DNA of 63,988 bases, counting the filler, from Barthelona sp. PAP020 (lineage: Eukaryota): assembly GCA_040182905.1 (NCBI GenBank). It is 3 parts of 3 records of this genome, joined end to end, with 100 filler letters (N's around TTAATTAATTAA, not from the genome) between each part and the next. Parts side by side here need not be neighbours in the genome. Positions count along the whole stretch, not along the records: positions 1 to 24,091 come from JARQWU010000161.1; positions 24,192 to 48,163 come from JARQWU010000162.1; 1 more part is not named here. The stretch is one strand, 5' to 3'. This document shows, piece by piece, positions 19,746 to 28,759 of the stretch. A program made the position numbers and the translations under genes. Positions within the stretch are counted from its first letter, which is position 1. Each line of letters starts with the position of its first letter. The notes beneath the pieces are model-generated. The model was not told the origin of the DNA. It did not search any database and saw nothing but the letters and a program-made list of their open reading frames with translations.

Positions 19746-21365
19746 ATGGTTCCTGTCAATGAAAAATACAAAGCTGAATCAGCAATTGTATCAGCTGTTG
19801 TTCGAGAATACATGAAAAATAAGTCCATTGATAATTATCTTAATTTACGTTCTTCAATTTTGGAAAAATTGGGCATTGATTATATTCCCAAAACCAGTGA
19901 TATTATTGCTGCATTACCAAGTGAATATCGTGACAGTATTGGTCCACTTTTAAGAGTTAAACCAATTCGAACAGCATCTGGAGTGGCAGTTGTTGCTGTT
20001 ATGTGTAAACCTCACCGTTGTCCACATGTTGAAGAAACAGGGTTTCCTTGTTTATATTGTCCTGGTGGTCCCGATTCTGATTTTGAATATTCCAGTCAAA
20101 GTTATACAGGATTTGAACCCACATCAATGAGGGCTATTGCAGCCAGATATGATCCATATGTTCAAGCTAAACATAGACTGAAACAATTGGAAAAATTAGG
20201 GCATCCAATTGATAAAGTTGAATATGTGCTCATGGGTGGAACTTTTTTGTGTTTACCCAAAAAGTATCGAGATTGGTTTGTAATTAGAATGCATGATGCA
20301 CTTTCTGGGCATTCTAGTGCGACGGTTGAGGAAAGCATTAAGTTTTCTCAGTTCGGTCCACATAAATGTGTTGCTATTACAATGGAAACCAGACCAGATT
20401 ATTGTCATCCTGAACATTTGGATAATATGCTGTCGTATGGTGTCACTCGTTTGGAAATTGGTATGCAAAGTGTTTTTGATGATGTGATGCTGTTTGTTGG
20501 ACGAGGTCATGGTGTTGATGAAGTAAACAGAAGTCTTGAGTGGTCGAAACAAGCGGGATATAAGATCATTCTCCATATGATGCCCAATTTGCCAACTGTA
20601 CCCTTATTTCGTGAAAGGGCTTGCTTTAAACAGTTATTTTATAACCCTATGTTTCGTCCAGATGGCTTAAAATTGTACCCAACCTTGGTAATGCGAGGCA
20701 CAAAATTATATGACATGTGGGAAAAAGGAGAATTTAAGTCATTTGAGCCTGAGCAATTGGTTGATCTTTTGGCAGACATATTGTGTGATATGGCACCTTG
20801 GGCACGTGTGTACAGAGTTCAACGAGACATTCCACTTCCATTGGTAACATCAGGTGCTGAATTTGGTAATATGAGGCAACTAGCAATGGAAAGAGCTGAA
20901 GAAAAGAAGGGAAGAATTCTTGATATTCGAGCAAGAGAGGTAGGGATGTCAAAAATCCATCGTAAGATTCAACCTCATCAAGTTGAATTGGTTAGAAGAG
21001 ATTATGTGGGACAAAAAGGATGGGAAACCTTTCTTTCATATGAAGATCCAACAAATGACATTTTAATTGGAATGTTACGGTTGAGATATATTGAAGGTAA
21101 ACATTGGCGAGATGAATTCCAAGAACCAACAAGTATGATACGTGAGTTACATGTTTATGGTAGTGTTGTCTCTGTTCATTCAAAAGATTTTTCTTTGTGG
21201 CAACATAAAGGATATGGTCAATTATTGATCGAAGAAGCAGAAAAAATAGCAAGAGAAGAGCATGGAACAACAGAATTGTTTGTCATTTCTGGTGTGGGTA
21301 CTCGACAATATTATTCAAAGTATGGTTTCAAATTGAAAGGTCCTTATATGGCCAAAGATATTTAA
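19746..21365 (+). CDS. ELP3: Elongator complex protein 3 (radical SAM + GNAT)
   Basis: KPIRTASGVAVVAVMCKPHRCPH, CLYCPGGPDSDF, RELHVYG, QHKGYG, ISGVGTRQYY; start inferred at MVPVNE. Confidence 0.97.
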   Translation: MVPVNEKYKAESAIVSAVVREYMKNKSIDNYLNLRSSILEKLGIDYIPKTSDIIAALPSEYRDSIGPLLRVKPIRTASGVAVVAVMCKPHRCPHVEETGFPCLYCPGGPDSDFEYSSQSYTGFEPTSMRAIAARYDPYVQAKHRLKQLEKLGHPIDKVEYVLMGGTFLCLPKKYRDWFVIRMHDALSGHSSATVEESIKFSQFGPHKCVAITMETRPDYCHPEHLDNMLSYGVTRLEIGMQSVFDDVMLFVGRGHGVDEVNRSLEWSKQAGYKIILHMMPNLPTVPLFRERACFKQLFYNPMFRPDGLKLYPTLVMRGTKLYDMWEKGEFKSFEPEQLVDLLADILCDMAPWARVYRVQRDIPLPLVTSGAEFGNMRQLAMERAEEKKGRILDIRAREVGMSKIHRKIQPHQVELVRRDYVGQKGWETFLSYEDPTNDILIGMLRLRYIEGKHWRDEFQEPTSMIRELHVYGSVVSVHSKDFSLWQHKGYGQLLIEEAEKIAREEHGTTELFVISGVGTRQYYSKYGFKLKGPYMAKDI

Positions 21366-21732
21366 TATTAAAATCATTTAGCAAAACCCTTTATTGTTCT
21401 CAATTTTTAGTCCTGTCATTGTTTATAAAAAAGAATTTTTTTTTTGTTGCGAATATTTGTTTTTTTTTGGAAGTCATTTATTAATTGCCAAATTATCATG
21501 TTAAGCAATGATAGAGACAATTATTAACCTTTTCTTATTGCAGATTGATATCATTTTTTGTAAACAAACTGACATTCTTTGAAATGAACGTGACAAATGA
21601 TAGCTCTTCTAGTAATAGTTTTTCAAGCTCGTTAAAGACAAAACAGCAAAAATTATGTGAAAACAACACAGTGTGTTCAAATTGAAAAAAAAAAATCCTG
21701 TTTTTATAAACTGAATGAGGTGTTTGAAAAAG

Positions 21733-22152
21733 TCAGAAAATCCACGTAATAAACCTTTTTACATGGTTAAATATGAAATTTCGAAAATACATAAAAATTC
21801 TAACCCTTGGCAACACTTTAACGGTTTTTTCAAGTGTTTCAGAATCTATAACAACTAATTTTTGCATAGGAAGTAAACGAATAATAATATATGTCACCAA
21901 AAATGTAATTATTGCAAAAATTATCAGATAAATATCATTGAACAATGATTTTCTTCCTTTTTTCTGCATTTCAGTAGTTTTTTGATCAGTTTTAGAGATT
22001 TTATTTGTGTTGGTATTCATTGTTTCTTTTACTTTATTGATTGTTGATTCTTCAACCAACAATTTTTCAAATATGGTTGTTGCAGTAATTTTCATCTCTT
22101 CAGATAATTTGGCAATTTCTTGAGCAATGTTATCTTCTTCAAAAGTGCTCAT
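21733..22152 (-). CDS. Use1-like Qc-SNARE
   Basis: Heptad SNARE-like helix followed by a TM segment ending IIRLLP; start position uncertain. Confidence 0.6.
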   Translation of the reverse strand: MSTFEEDNIAQEIAKLSEEMKITATTIFEKLLVEESTINKVKETMNTNTNKISKTDQKTTEMQKKGRKSLFNDIYLIIFAIITFLVTYIIIRLLPMQKLVVIDSETLEKTVKVLPRVRIFMYFRNFIFNHVKRFITWIF

Positions 22153-22287
22153 TATCCATTCACATGTGAAAAAAAATATTGTTGGATCAATCAAATATTT
22201 CTCTTCAATTGACATTTTGGTTGACATCAGCCTGAAAATTGAACATTTTTTGTTCGATATTTGTATTTCTTTTTTTTTTCTTTTCAA

Positions 22288-23169
22288 ATGTTTGGAGCAA
22301 TTGAGGCCGGTGGGACAACATTTATTGCTGCTGTTGCAGAATATAATTTTGAAAAGCAAATCCTAAGTATTGTTGATCAAATTGAAGTTGAAACAACAGT
22401 GCCTGAAATGGTTTTTTCCGAAATTACTGTTTTTTTAAAGAAATATGAACCATTAGATGGTATTGGAATTGCAAGTTTTGGGCCTATTATTGTTGATCCT
22501 CATAATTTAAATTATGGCATGATTGTAAACACTCCCAAACCGAATTGGTCTAATTGTAATATTCTTGATTATCTTAAAGATTTTTCTTGCCCTAAAGTGG
22601 TGGAAACTGATGTCAATGCAGCAGCACTTAATGAAAGTCGATTGTTCGATGTAAAGAATGCTGTTTACATTACTGTTGGAACAGGTGTTGGTGCTGGTGT
22701 AGTTATTGAAGGCAAATGTGTTCATGGAATTTTTCATCCTGAAGCTGGTCATATGCTAGTTCCTCGAGCCCTTGGAGATACTTATGAAGGTTATTGTCCA
22801 TATCATAAAACATGTGTTGAAGGTATGGTTGCAAATAGATCACTTGCAGACAGACTCAATGTATTACATTCCGAGTTGCCAAATATATCTGATAACCATG
22901 AAGTTTGGGATTTTGTTGCACATTATCTTGCTTGCCTTTGTTCAAATCTTTCGCTTTCAGCCTGTCCAGAAATTATTGTTCTTGGTGGGGGGATTATGAA
23001 AAGAAAATCGTTAATTGGCAAGATACGTGATAAATTTGTCAAAAATCTTAATGGTTATTTCCCAGCTGCGGTTGCTAATGTCAATAAATACATTGTTCAA
23101 TCGATTCATGGAAATAATGCTGGTATTCATGCTGCTTTTCATCTTGTAATTCCTCAAAGCACAAATTAA
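22288..23169 (+). CDS. ROK-family sugar kinase (bacterial fructokinase-like)
   Basis: GAIEAGGT, GIASFGP, TPKPNW, TDVNAAAL, YITVGTGVGAG, HPEAGH, CPYHKTCVEG, LGGG. Confidence 0.92.
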   Translation: MFGAIEAGGTTFIAAVAEYNFEKQILSIVDQIEVETTVPEMVFSEITVFLKKYEPLDGIGIASFGPIIVDPHNLNYGMIVNTPKPNWSNCNILDYLKDFSCPKVVETDVNAAALNESRLFDVKNAVYITVGTGVGAGVVIEGKCVHGIFHPEAGHMLVPRALGDTYEGYCPYHKTCVEGMVANRSLADRLNVLHSELPNISDNHEVWDFVAHYLACLCSNLSLSACPEIIVLGGGIMKRKSLIGKIRDKFVKNLNGYFPAAVANVNKYIVQSIHGNNAGIHAAFHLVIPQSTN

Positions 23170-23303
23170 CTAATTAGATGTCATGAAAAAACCAAATTTA
23201 CATAACAAATCCCATAAACAAATAAAGAGGCAAGTTTACAATTTTTTTTTTAAAATCAAAAATAGCTCACATCAAACAGTAGTAATCAAGTTTGTTGGGC
23301 ACC

Positions 23304-23948
23304 TTATTCTTCAGTTGATTCAGTTGATTCAGTTGAATCAGTCTTTGCTTCTTTCATATCATTTTCATTCAAAACAGATGGAATAGTGGAATAATATAAA
23401 TTTAAAATTCTGGAAAGTCCTTCAGGAGGACCATCATCTCTGGCAGATAAATTGACAGAATATTTAGCGGAGGAATCAGTCTTTCTTTCAGATTTTGAAG
23501 AAGATGTTGCATTTCCTTTGAATTTGTTGGATGCACCACTGGCAGCAGAAGAAGAAGTATAATAATATCTGTAACTGCTACCACTGCTGCTGTTGGAATT
23601 GGAGGATGAATCCGCTGTGGTATTGCTTTCACTTGTTGTAACTTCTGATGATGTAATTTCCATATTAAATGAAACTTCAACTTCTTTCACAGACAATTGG
23701 GGAATGTTAACCAAAGTAATGGTCGGGACTTCCAAAACAGTTTTTGCTTCAGTAGAATCACCTTTAACATTGGAAAATTCAAACTTAGTAGTGTCGTTAC
23801 CAATAGAACTGAGGAAATCAGTTGTAACCAAACACAAACTAGCTTGAGCTTCTGCAGCGGCGATTAAGGGAGCAGAAATGATATCTGCACTATATATTAG
23901 TGATGAAAACCATTATAGTTCATACATATCAAGATCAGAGAGACTCAT
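23304..23948 (-). CDS. DUF2589-like protein, two exons (23948-23926, 23889-23304), 202 aa
   Basis: Spliced N-terminus MSLSDLDIADIISAPLIAAAEAQASL; EVPTITLVNIPQLSVKEVEVSFNMEI; TDSSAKYSVNLSARDDGPPEGLSRIL. Confidence 0.8.
23890..23925 (-). other. 36-nt spliceosomal intron in DUF2589-like gene
   Basis: GTATGA...CACTAAT ATATAG; contains in-frame TAA and TAG; removal joins an ATG to the conserved N-terminal motif. Confidence 0.85.
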
Positions 23949-24001
23949 CAACACAAAAAAAAAACCAAAATATTAAATTTTCTTTTTTTTATCAAGTCAC
24001 A

Positions 24002-24091
24002 ATGGCACCCATTGACGAAATTAAAGGATTACCAATCAATGAAATGATTAGTTCACCCTTAAATGCTTGTATTAAATCGCAAAAATTTATT
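24002..24091 (+). CDS. second DUF2589-like gene, N-terminal fragment cut by contig end
   Basis: MAPIDEIKGLPINEMISSPLNACIKSQKFI aligns with LDIADIISAPLIAAAEAQ of the neighbouring gene. Confidence 0.7.
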
Positions 24092-24191
24092 NNNNNNNNN
24101 NNNNNNNNNNNNNNNNNNNNNNNNNNNNNNNNNNNTTAATTAATTAANNNNNNNNNNNNNNNNNNNNNNNNNNNNNNNNNNNNNNNNNNNN
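24092..24191. other. artificial contig linker
   Basis: 44 N + TTAATTAATTAA (stops in all six frames) + 44 N. Confidence 0.97.
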
Positions 24192-24192
24192 T

Positions 24193-24510
24193 TCAACCAG
24201 CTCTTTGAACATGTTTGATGGTGTTGATCGTGATCTGTGTCTCAAGGTATTCCCATCATTGAAACCCTTTGTATACCAATTTTACTCAACTGACCTCGCA
24301 GAATTCAATTTTAAATCACTTGGGCTCAAACCTAGATCTGTTAATCGTGAGAACTTTGATGAATTCATAAATCTTTCCATCAAAATGTATATCTCCAAAT
24401 ATCAATCGATCGCTGAAACAATGAGAAGTGCTTTTTTGGAATTCTCTGTTTTGGCCACAGATTTAGCAGTATGTAGTTTTGAGGACCTGATGGCTTTATG
24501 CGTGGTGTAA
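24193..24510 (+). CDS. 3' fragment of unknown protein at contig start
   Basis: Frame open from the linker to TAA at 24510. Confidence 0.4.
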   Translation, partial: STSSLNMFDGVDRDLCLKVFPSLKPFVYQFYSTDLAEFNFKSLGLKPRSVNRENFDEFINLSIKMYISKYQSIAETMRSAFLEFSVLATDLAVCSFEDLMALCVV

Positions 24511-24793
24511 ATTGTTTTTGTGTCACTAATTTCTTTTTCATCTGCATCAGGCGATTTCCAAGGTTATAACTTTCTCATTTATTAAACGATCATGATTCTT
24601 TCATTTGGTAATGCATTATCTCAAGTGCATTTATATAGGACTTGAACAAGAGTGAACTGTCTTTTGTTGTGTTTGAAAAAAGTACATCTGTATATTTGGC
24701 TTAAAAAGAAGATCAAGGGGACTCACAATCTTTATTAATTTTTCAAGATTTATTGTGGTTACTTTAAAGGGCAATATCGTTTGAACAGTCTGC

Positions 24794-25656
24794 CTATTTT
24801 GACTGCATTCTCGTGGTATTGCTTGTCTTTATCGCAATCCCTTCTTTCAAAGGTGAAGCATCCGTTGCTACTATTCCCATGATCACTCTTGGTGTAAGAT
24901 CTCCTCTGATTTTTTCTTCTAACAAAATACTTGTCGATTCCCCCTGTGAAATAGGGAGTTCGATGTTCAAGTGTCCATATCTTTCACAAAACACTTCTGT
25001 AGAGTCTATGCTTGGCAACTTCATTTTATGTTTTATCAGGTTTGTTACTTGCAATGCACCCTTTCGGTATCTTTGAAGCACTATTTTCACTGTTTGCAGT
25101 TTTCCTGTGTGACCCGTTTCCTTCCTTTACTTTTCTTTTTTAAAAACAATTATTGCTATTTTCTTTATAAAAAGAGGGTTTTGTATGATATCGGCCATTG
25201 AAAAATCAAAACCAAAACTGGAGCACATTCTTAAGTTTAAACCTTGAGGTAAGCAGTCCCAAGGTTCAAAATCTAAAAAGCAGTCTGTTTTCTGCTTGAT
25301 GATCGGTAACAGAGTCTCGACTTCACCTGGTCTCACATACCGTAGTTGTCTTCATGAAGTTGCCCACCCACAATGAGATTTTAAGGATCAATACTGAGGA
25401 ATCCACGATCAGCATTCTTCTTTTGGTCTCCTAAAAATAAATTCCAGTGAAGAGTTGAACCCACTCTTTGTAAGGGTAAATATTTTTATTAAACAACTCT
25501 TGTGCAATGTTTCTTTTCATTGCTGATACCACTCTGTAACACGATACCCCTTTAACAAGGCACCCTCCGAAAAGAATAAAGATTAAGGTTTATTATTTAT
25601 CAATCAACTGAGATTCTCAGTCTCGATTTGGGTAAGTTCTGGAAAAGGTTCGTACA
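24794..25656 (-). mobile_element. degraded LTR-retrotransposon 5' part (LTR + PBS + broken gag-like frames)
   Basis: LTR TGTACGA...TCGTGTTACA (25656-25535), PBS TGGTATCAGCA (25531-25521), ATG at 25520, then stop/frameshift-broken ORFs; GC content above flanks. Confidence 0.65.
25521..25531 (-). promoter_or_regulatory. tRNA-iMet-type primer binding site
   Basis: TGGTATCAGCA 3 nt downstream of LTR-like end TGTTACA; matches the classical TGGTATCAG PBS core. Confidence 0.65.
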
Positions 25657-25823
25657 AGAAGAAAAATAAAGAAATTAAAATCATGTTTTATTTGTTGTTT
25701 GAGTCAAATTAATATGATGAACAAAGATATAAAATAATATATGAAGCAATTGGGGATAGGGAAGCAAAAAAATGTGTTACTTTTTGATTCCCCATAACAA
25801 TTTTTCAATTTCTCAATCTAACA

Positions 25824-26147
25824 TTATTCAGAGTCATCTAAATTAAAAAATCTATTTGTAACAATAAATTTGAAAGCTTGAAGAAGAGCTGCTCTTTCTC
25901 TTAAAATTTCACTTTCTAAAAGTGTGGTTTGAATGTCAATATCACTATTTGGTGCTTTTTTTTTCTTATCATAGATATTAGGAAATCCTAATTCTTTCAT
26001 TTTTCTCTGTCTGTCTTTTCTTTTTCCAATATTTTTTGAAATGGGATAATTTTTCTTTCTTTCTTCAATCCATTGGGCTATTTGTTCAGGTGTATTCAAC
26101 AATGGGACATTTGGGTCAATTTCTATGATTTCATCTGAATCTTTCAT
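25824..26147 (-). CDS. NUFIP1: minimal NUFIP1/Rsa1 box C/D snoRNP assembly factor
   Basis: PEP motif TPEQIAQWIEERKKNYP and C-terminal LLESEILRERAALLQAFKFIVTNRFF. Confidence 0.8.
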   Translation of the reverse strand: MKDSDEIIEIDPNVPLLNTPEQIAQWIEERKKNYPISKNIGKRKDRQRKMKELGFPNIYDKKKKAPNSDIDIQTTLLESEILRERAALLQAFKFIVTNRFFNLDDSE

Positions 26148-26194
26148 TGAAAAAAAAAAAAATCAACTACCGCACTCATTTACAAAACCAATAT

Positions 26195-26755
26195 CTATCT
26201 TTCATACACATGGTCATAAAATTTTGGGTTTAAACGAATTCTATCATTCCAATTAGTGACCCATTCATCAAAACATTCCAAAGGCACAACTTCTGTGTCT
26301 TCAACAGAAACTACATAGCTTTCTATGTATTTTTGTAAATCATTGATCATAAATTCCCCTGCTTTTTCAACTAACTTGTTTATTTCCGGTTTTGAATCAA
26401 CATCTTCCACTAATTCTTCAAATATGATTTCTTTTGATTCATCAACAGTTAAAATTGCAGCACAAAAATACAAAGTATCTACATTTTTAATAAACTCATA
26501 TTTGGACGGATGGATAGTATTGCATATCAACCCTGAATTCAGAACACATATTGGTTTTAATTCATCTTCTGAAGAACCCATCAATACTAACACACAGGAT
26601 TCACTAGATAGCTCTTCAGGTTCATTTAAAACAAAAGTAATATCATCATTTGCATCTAGTTGATGAAATTGTGATATTTTCGAGATATATACATTTTCGT
26701 CATATTCCTCAAAGTCAGAATTGATAGTAAAAGGAGGAATGATTATTGTCAACAT
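26195..26755 (-). CDS. Hikeshi/OPI10-like protein
   Basis: C-terminal VVPLECFDEWVTNWNDRIRLNPKF matches the Hikeshi C-terminal motif; size fits. Confidence 0.6.
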   Translation of the reverse strand: MLTIIIPPFTINSDFEEYDENVYISKISQFHQLDANDDITFVLNEPEELSSESCVLVLMGSSEDELKPICVLNSGLICNTIHPSKYEFIKNVDTLYFCAAILTVDESKEIIFEELVEDVDSKPEINKLVEKAGEFMINDLQKYIESYVVSVEDTEVVPLECFDEWVTNWNDRIRLNPKFYDHVYER

Positions 26756-27304
26756 CGGAAAAATTTCAGAAAACAGGAGATTTTATTTTGTTATTGAAAG
26801 CTGTTCAGTAAAATATAGCAATAGAAATCACAATATCTCAAAACAAAACAAAAATGAAAAGCGTATTTTCCTCATGCAAAAAAACAAAAAAACCTTCAAA
26901 GTAAAATTGTACTTGAGAATTTGATTTTTCTTCATTTTTTATTTAAATAAATTGGATAATATTTGCTTGCCTATCAATATGTGAATTATTTAAAGAATTA
27001 ACTTTTTTTTTTCGTTTGAATAGAATTTTTCTTGATAAAAACTGTTACAACCATATCTTAACGAAAAATAGCTTTGTTTTACGATTCAAAAAAAGGAATA
27101 TGCCTTTGAAAAGAGACCCACAGCAAATATCTTTGGTGCAAAACCTCTTTTTTCCCTATAGCATTTTTTTTCAAATTTAAAGGGTTGTAAATATGTTATA
27201 ATATATGTCCACATTAATTAATATGCTTAATTTATATTAATAATTATTTTAAAATATTGGGTAAATTTGAGAGATTCGATAAATTTGTTTTTTATTTTTT
27301 ATTA

Positions 27305-28654
27305 ATGGAGGAAAGTAAGTCTTCTGGGATAAAAAGTGTCGCAGCTTTTTGTTTCTTTGTTAATTTTACGCTTGGGATAGGAGTTTTAACAATAAGTCAT
27401 GGATTTGTTAAATGTGGTTGGCTATATTCAACCATTCTTTTTATAGTGATAGCTTTAGTAGTATTTATCACTCACAATTATGTATTAGAAGTGTATATTA
27501 GAGGACAGACCTGGAAACCATTTCAAAAGAGTAGTTTACTTGATGTTGAAGTGAATTCTGTTGTATTTCCATTAACCCCAAAGGCGAAAACACCAATGGA
27601 ATTGAATGAATTGGTTGGTTTATTTTTGGGAAAAAAGTTTCGTCTGTTGTATGAAACATTTTTTATTGCTTATGAGTTTGTTGTTTTATGGGCATACTTT
27701 GTTGTTTTTGGTAAAACTATTGCCGAAACATTCACCATTTCTTCGATTTCATATGAATTACAAGTTAAATTGTTTGGTAGCATATTGATTGTGATTTCCA
27801 CCATCTTTATTTTCAAAGGGTTAAAGGAGCAGGTTGTTTATCAGGTCTTAATGTTTATTATGCGACTTTTATTGATTGTTTTGATTGTAAGTACTACGTT
27901 TGGTGCGGAAATTCATCATCCATACCCAGGAGTTAATAAACAAAAAGACAGTAACTGGTCTGAAATACCTACCTTTTACATGGGTTCCACTAGTGTCTTA
28001 TTTGGTTGTTTGTTGTTTGCTTTGGTTGCTCATTACGGAATCCCCACCTTCATACAAACTATGGCTAAAATTCATGAAGGTAAAAAGGTTGTGATGTCTT
28101 CGACAGTCACTCTCGTTGTCATATATTTCATTGTTGCTTTTGTCACATCATTTTATTTCGGGAATCAGATTACAGATCCTTTAACTCTTCTATGGATCAA
28201 ATATAACTGGGGACAGAGTGATACAACAGCATTTGATTATTTTGTCAGATATTTTGTGCTATTATTTCCTGCAATGGATTTAGGCTCTTGTTTTCCTTTA
28301 GGAGCTCAAGTTCTGATAAACACATTGGATAGAACCACCTTTGGTGCTAGAATAGGTGAGGTTAAAGTCAAATTATTGGTTATTGTTGTTCCAACCATTT
28401 TGGGGTGGTTATCTATTGAAACTGATTTAGCAGAAGAAATGCTTGGAATTTTTGGAGTTTTTCTCGCATTTGTTGTTCCTCCTTTATTGAATTTGAAATC
28501 AAATGCTGTTTGTAAAAAGAGATTTGGCAAATCTGTTACTATTTGGTCTATTCCATTTGTTTCCACATCTTCAGCCTTTCAAATTTTTGCGGTTTTTATT
28601 GGAGGCTTGCTTTTATTGCTTCAAAGCTATTTTGTTATTGCTCATTTTCTGTAA
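27305..28654 (+). CDS. amino-acid transporter (Aa_trans/TMEM104-like)
   Basis: FFVNFTLGIGVL, MELNELVGLFLG, HYGIP, FPAMDLGSCFPL; about 10-11 TM segments. Confidence 0.82.
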   Translation: MEESKSSGIKSVAAFCFFVNFTLGIGVLTISHGFVKCGWLYSTILFIVIALVVFITHNYVLEVYIRGQTWKPFQKSSLLDVEVNSVVFPLTPKAKTPMELNELVGLFLGKKFRLLYETFFIAYEFVVLWAYFVVFGKTIAETFTISSISYELQVKLFGSILIVISTIFIFKGLKEQVVYQVLMFIMRLLLIVLIVSTTFGAEIHHPYPGVNKQKDSNWSEIPTFYMGSTSVLFGCLLFALVAHYGIPTFIQTMAKIHEGKKVVMSSTVTLVVIYFIVAFVTSFYFGNQITDPLTLLWIKYNWGQSDTTAFDYFVRYFVLLFPAMDLGSCFPLGAQVLINTLDRTTFGARIGEVKVKLLVIVVPTILGWLSIETDLAEEMLGIFGVFLAFVVPPLLNLKSNAVCKKRFGKSVTIWSIPFVSTSSAFQIFAVFIGGLLLLLQSYFVIAHFL

Positions 28655-28759
28655 ATAGTTATTTATTGTTGTTTTTGGGATTTTTCGTCTTTTGTCAGAC
28701 CTTTAAAAGTGTTTTATGTAAACAAAAAGAAAAAATATTTATACAATTACTTTAACACC

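Noticed and set aside
24136..24147. TTAATTAATTAA palindrome inside N runs (also 48208-48219)
   Set aside because: Synthetic six-frame-stop spacer used to join contigs; not biological, and the 24002 gene cannot be joined to the 24193-24510 ORF across it
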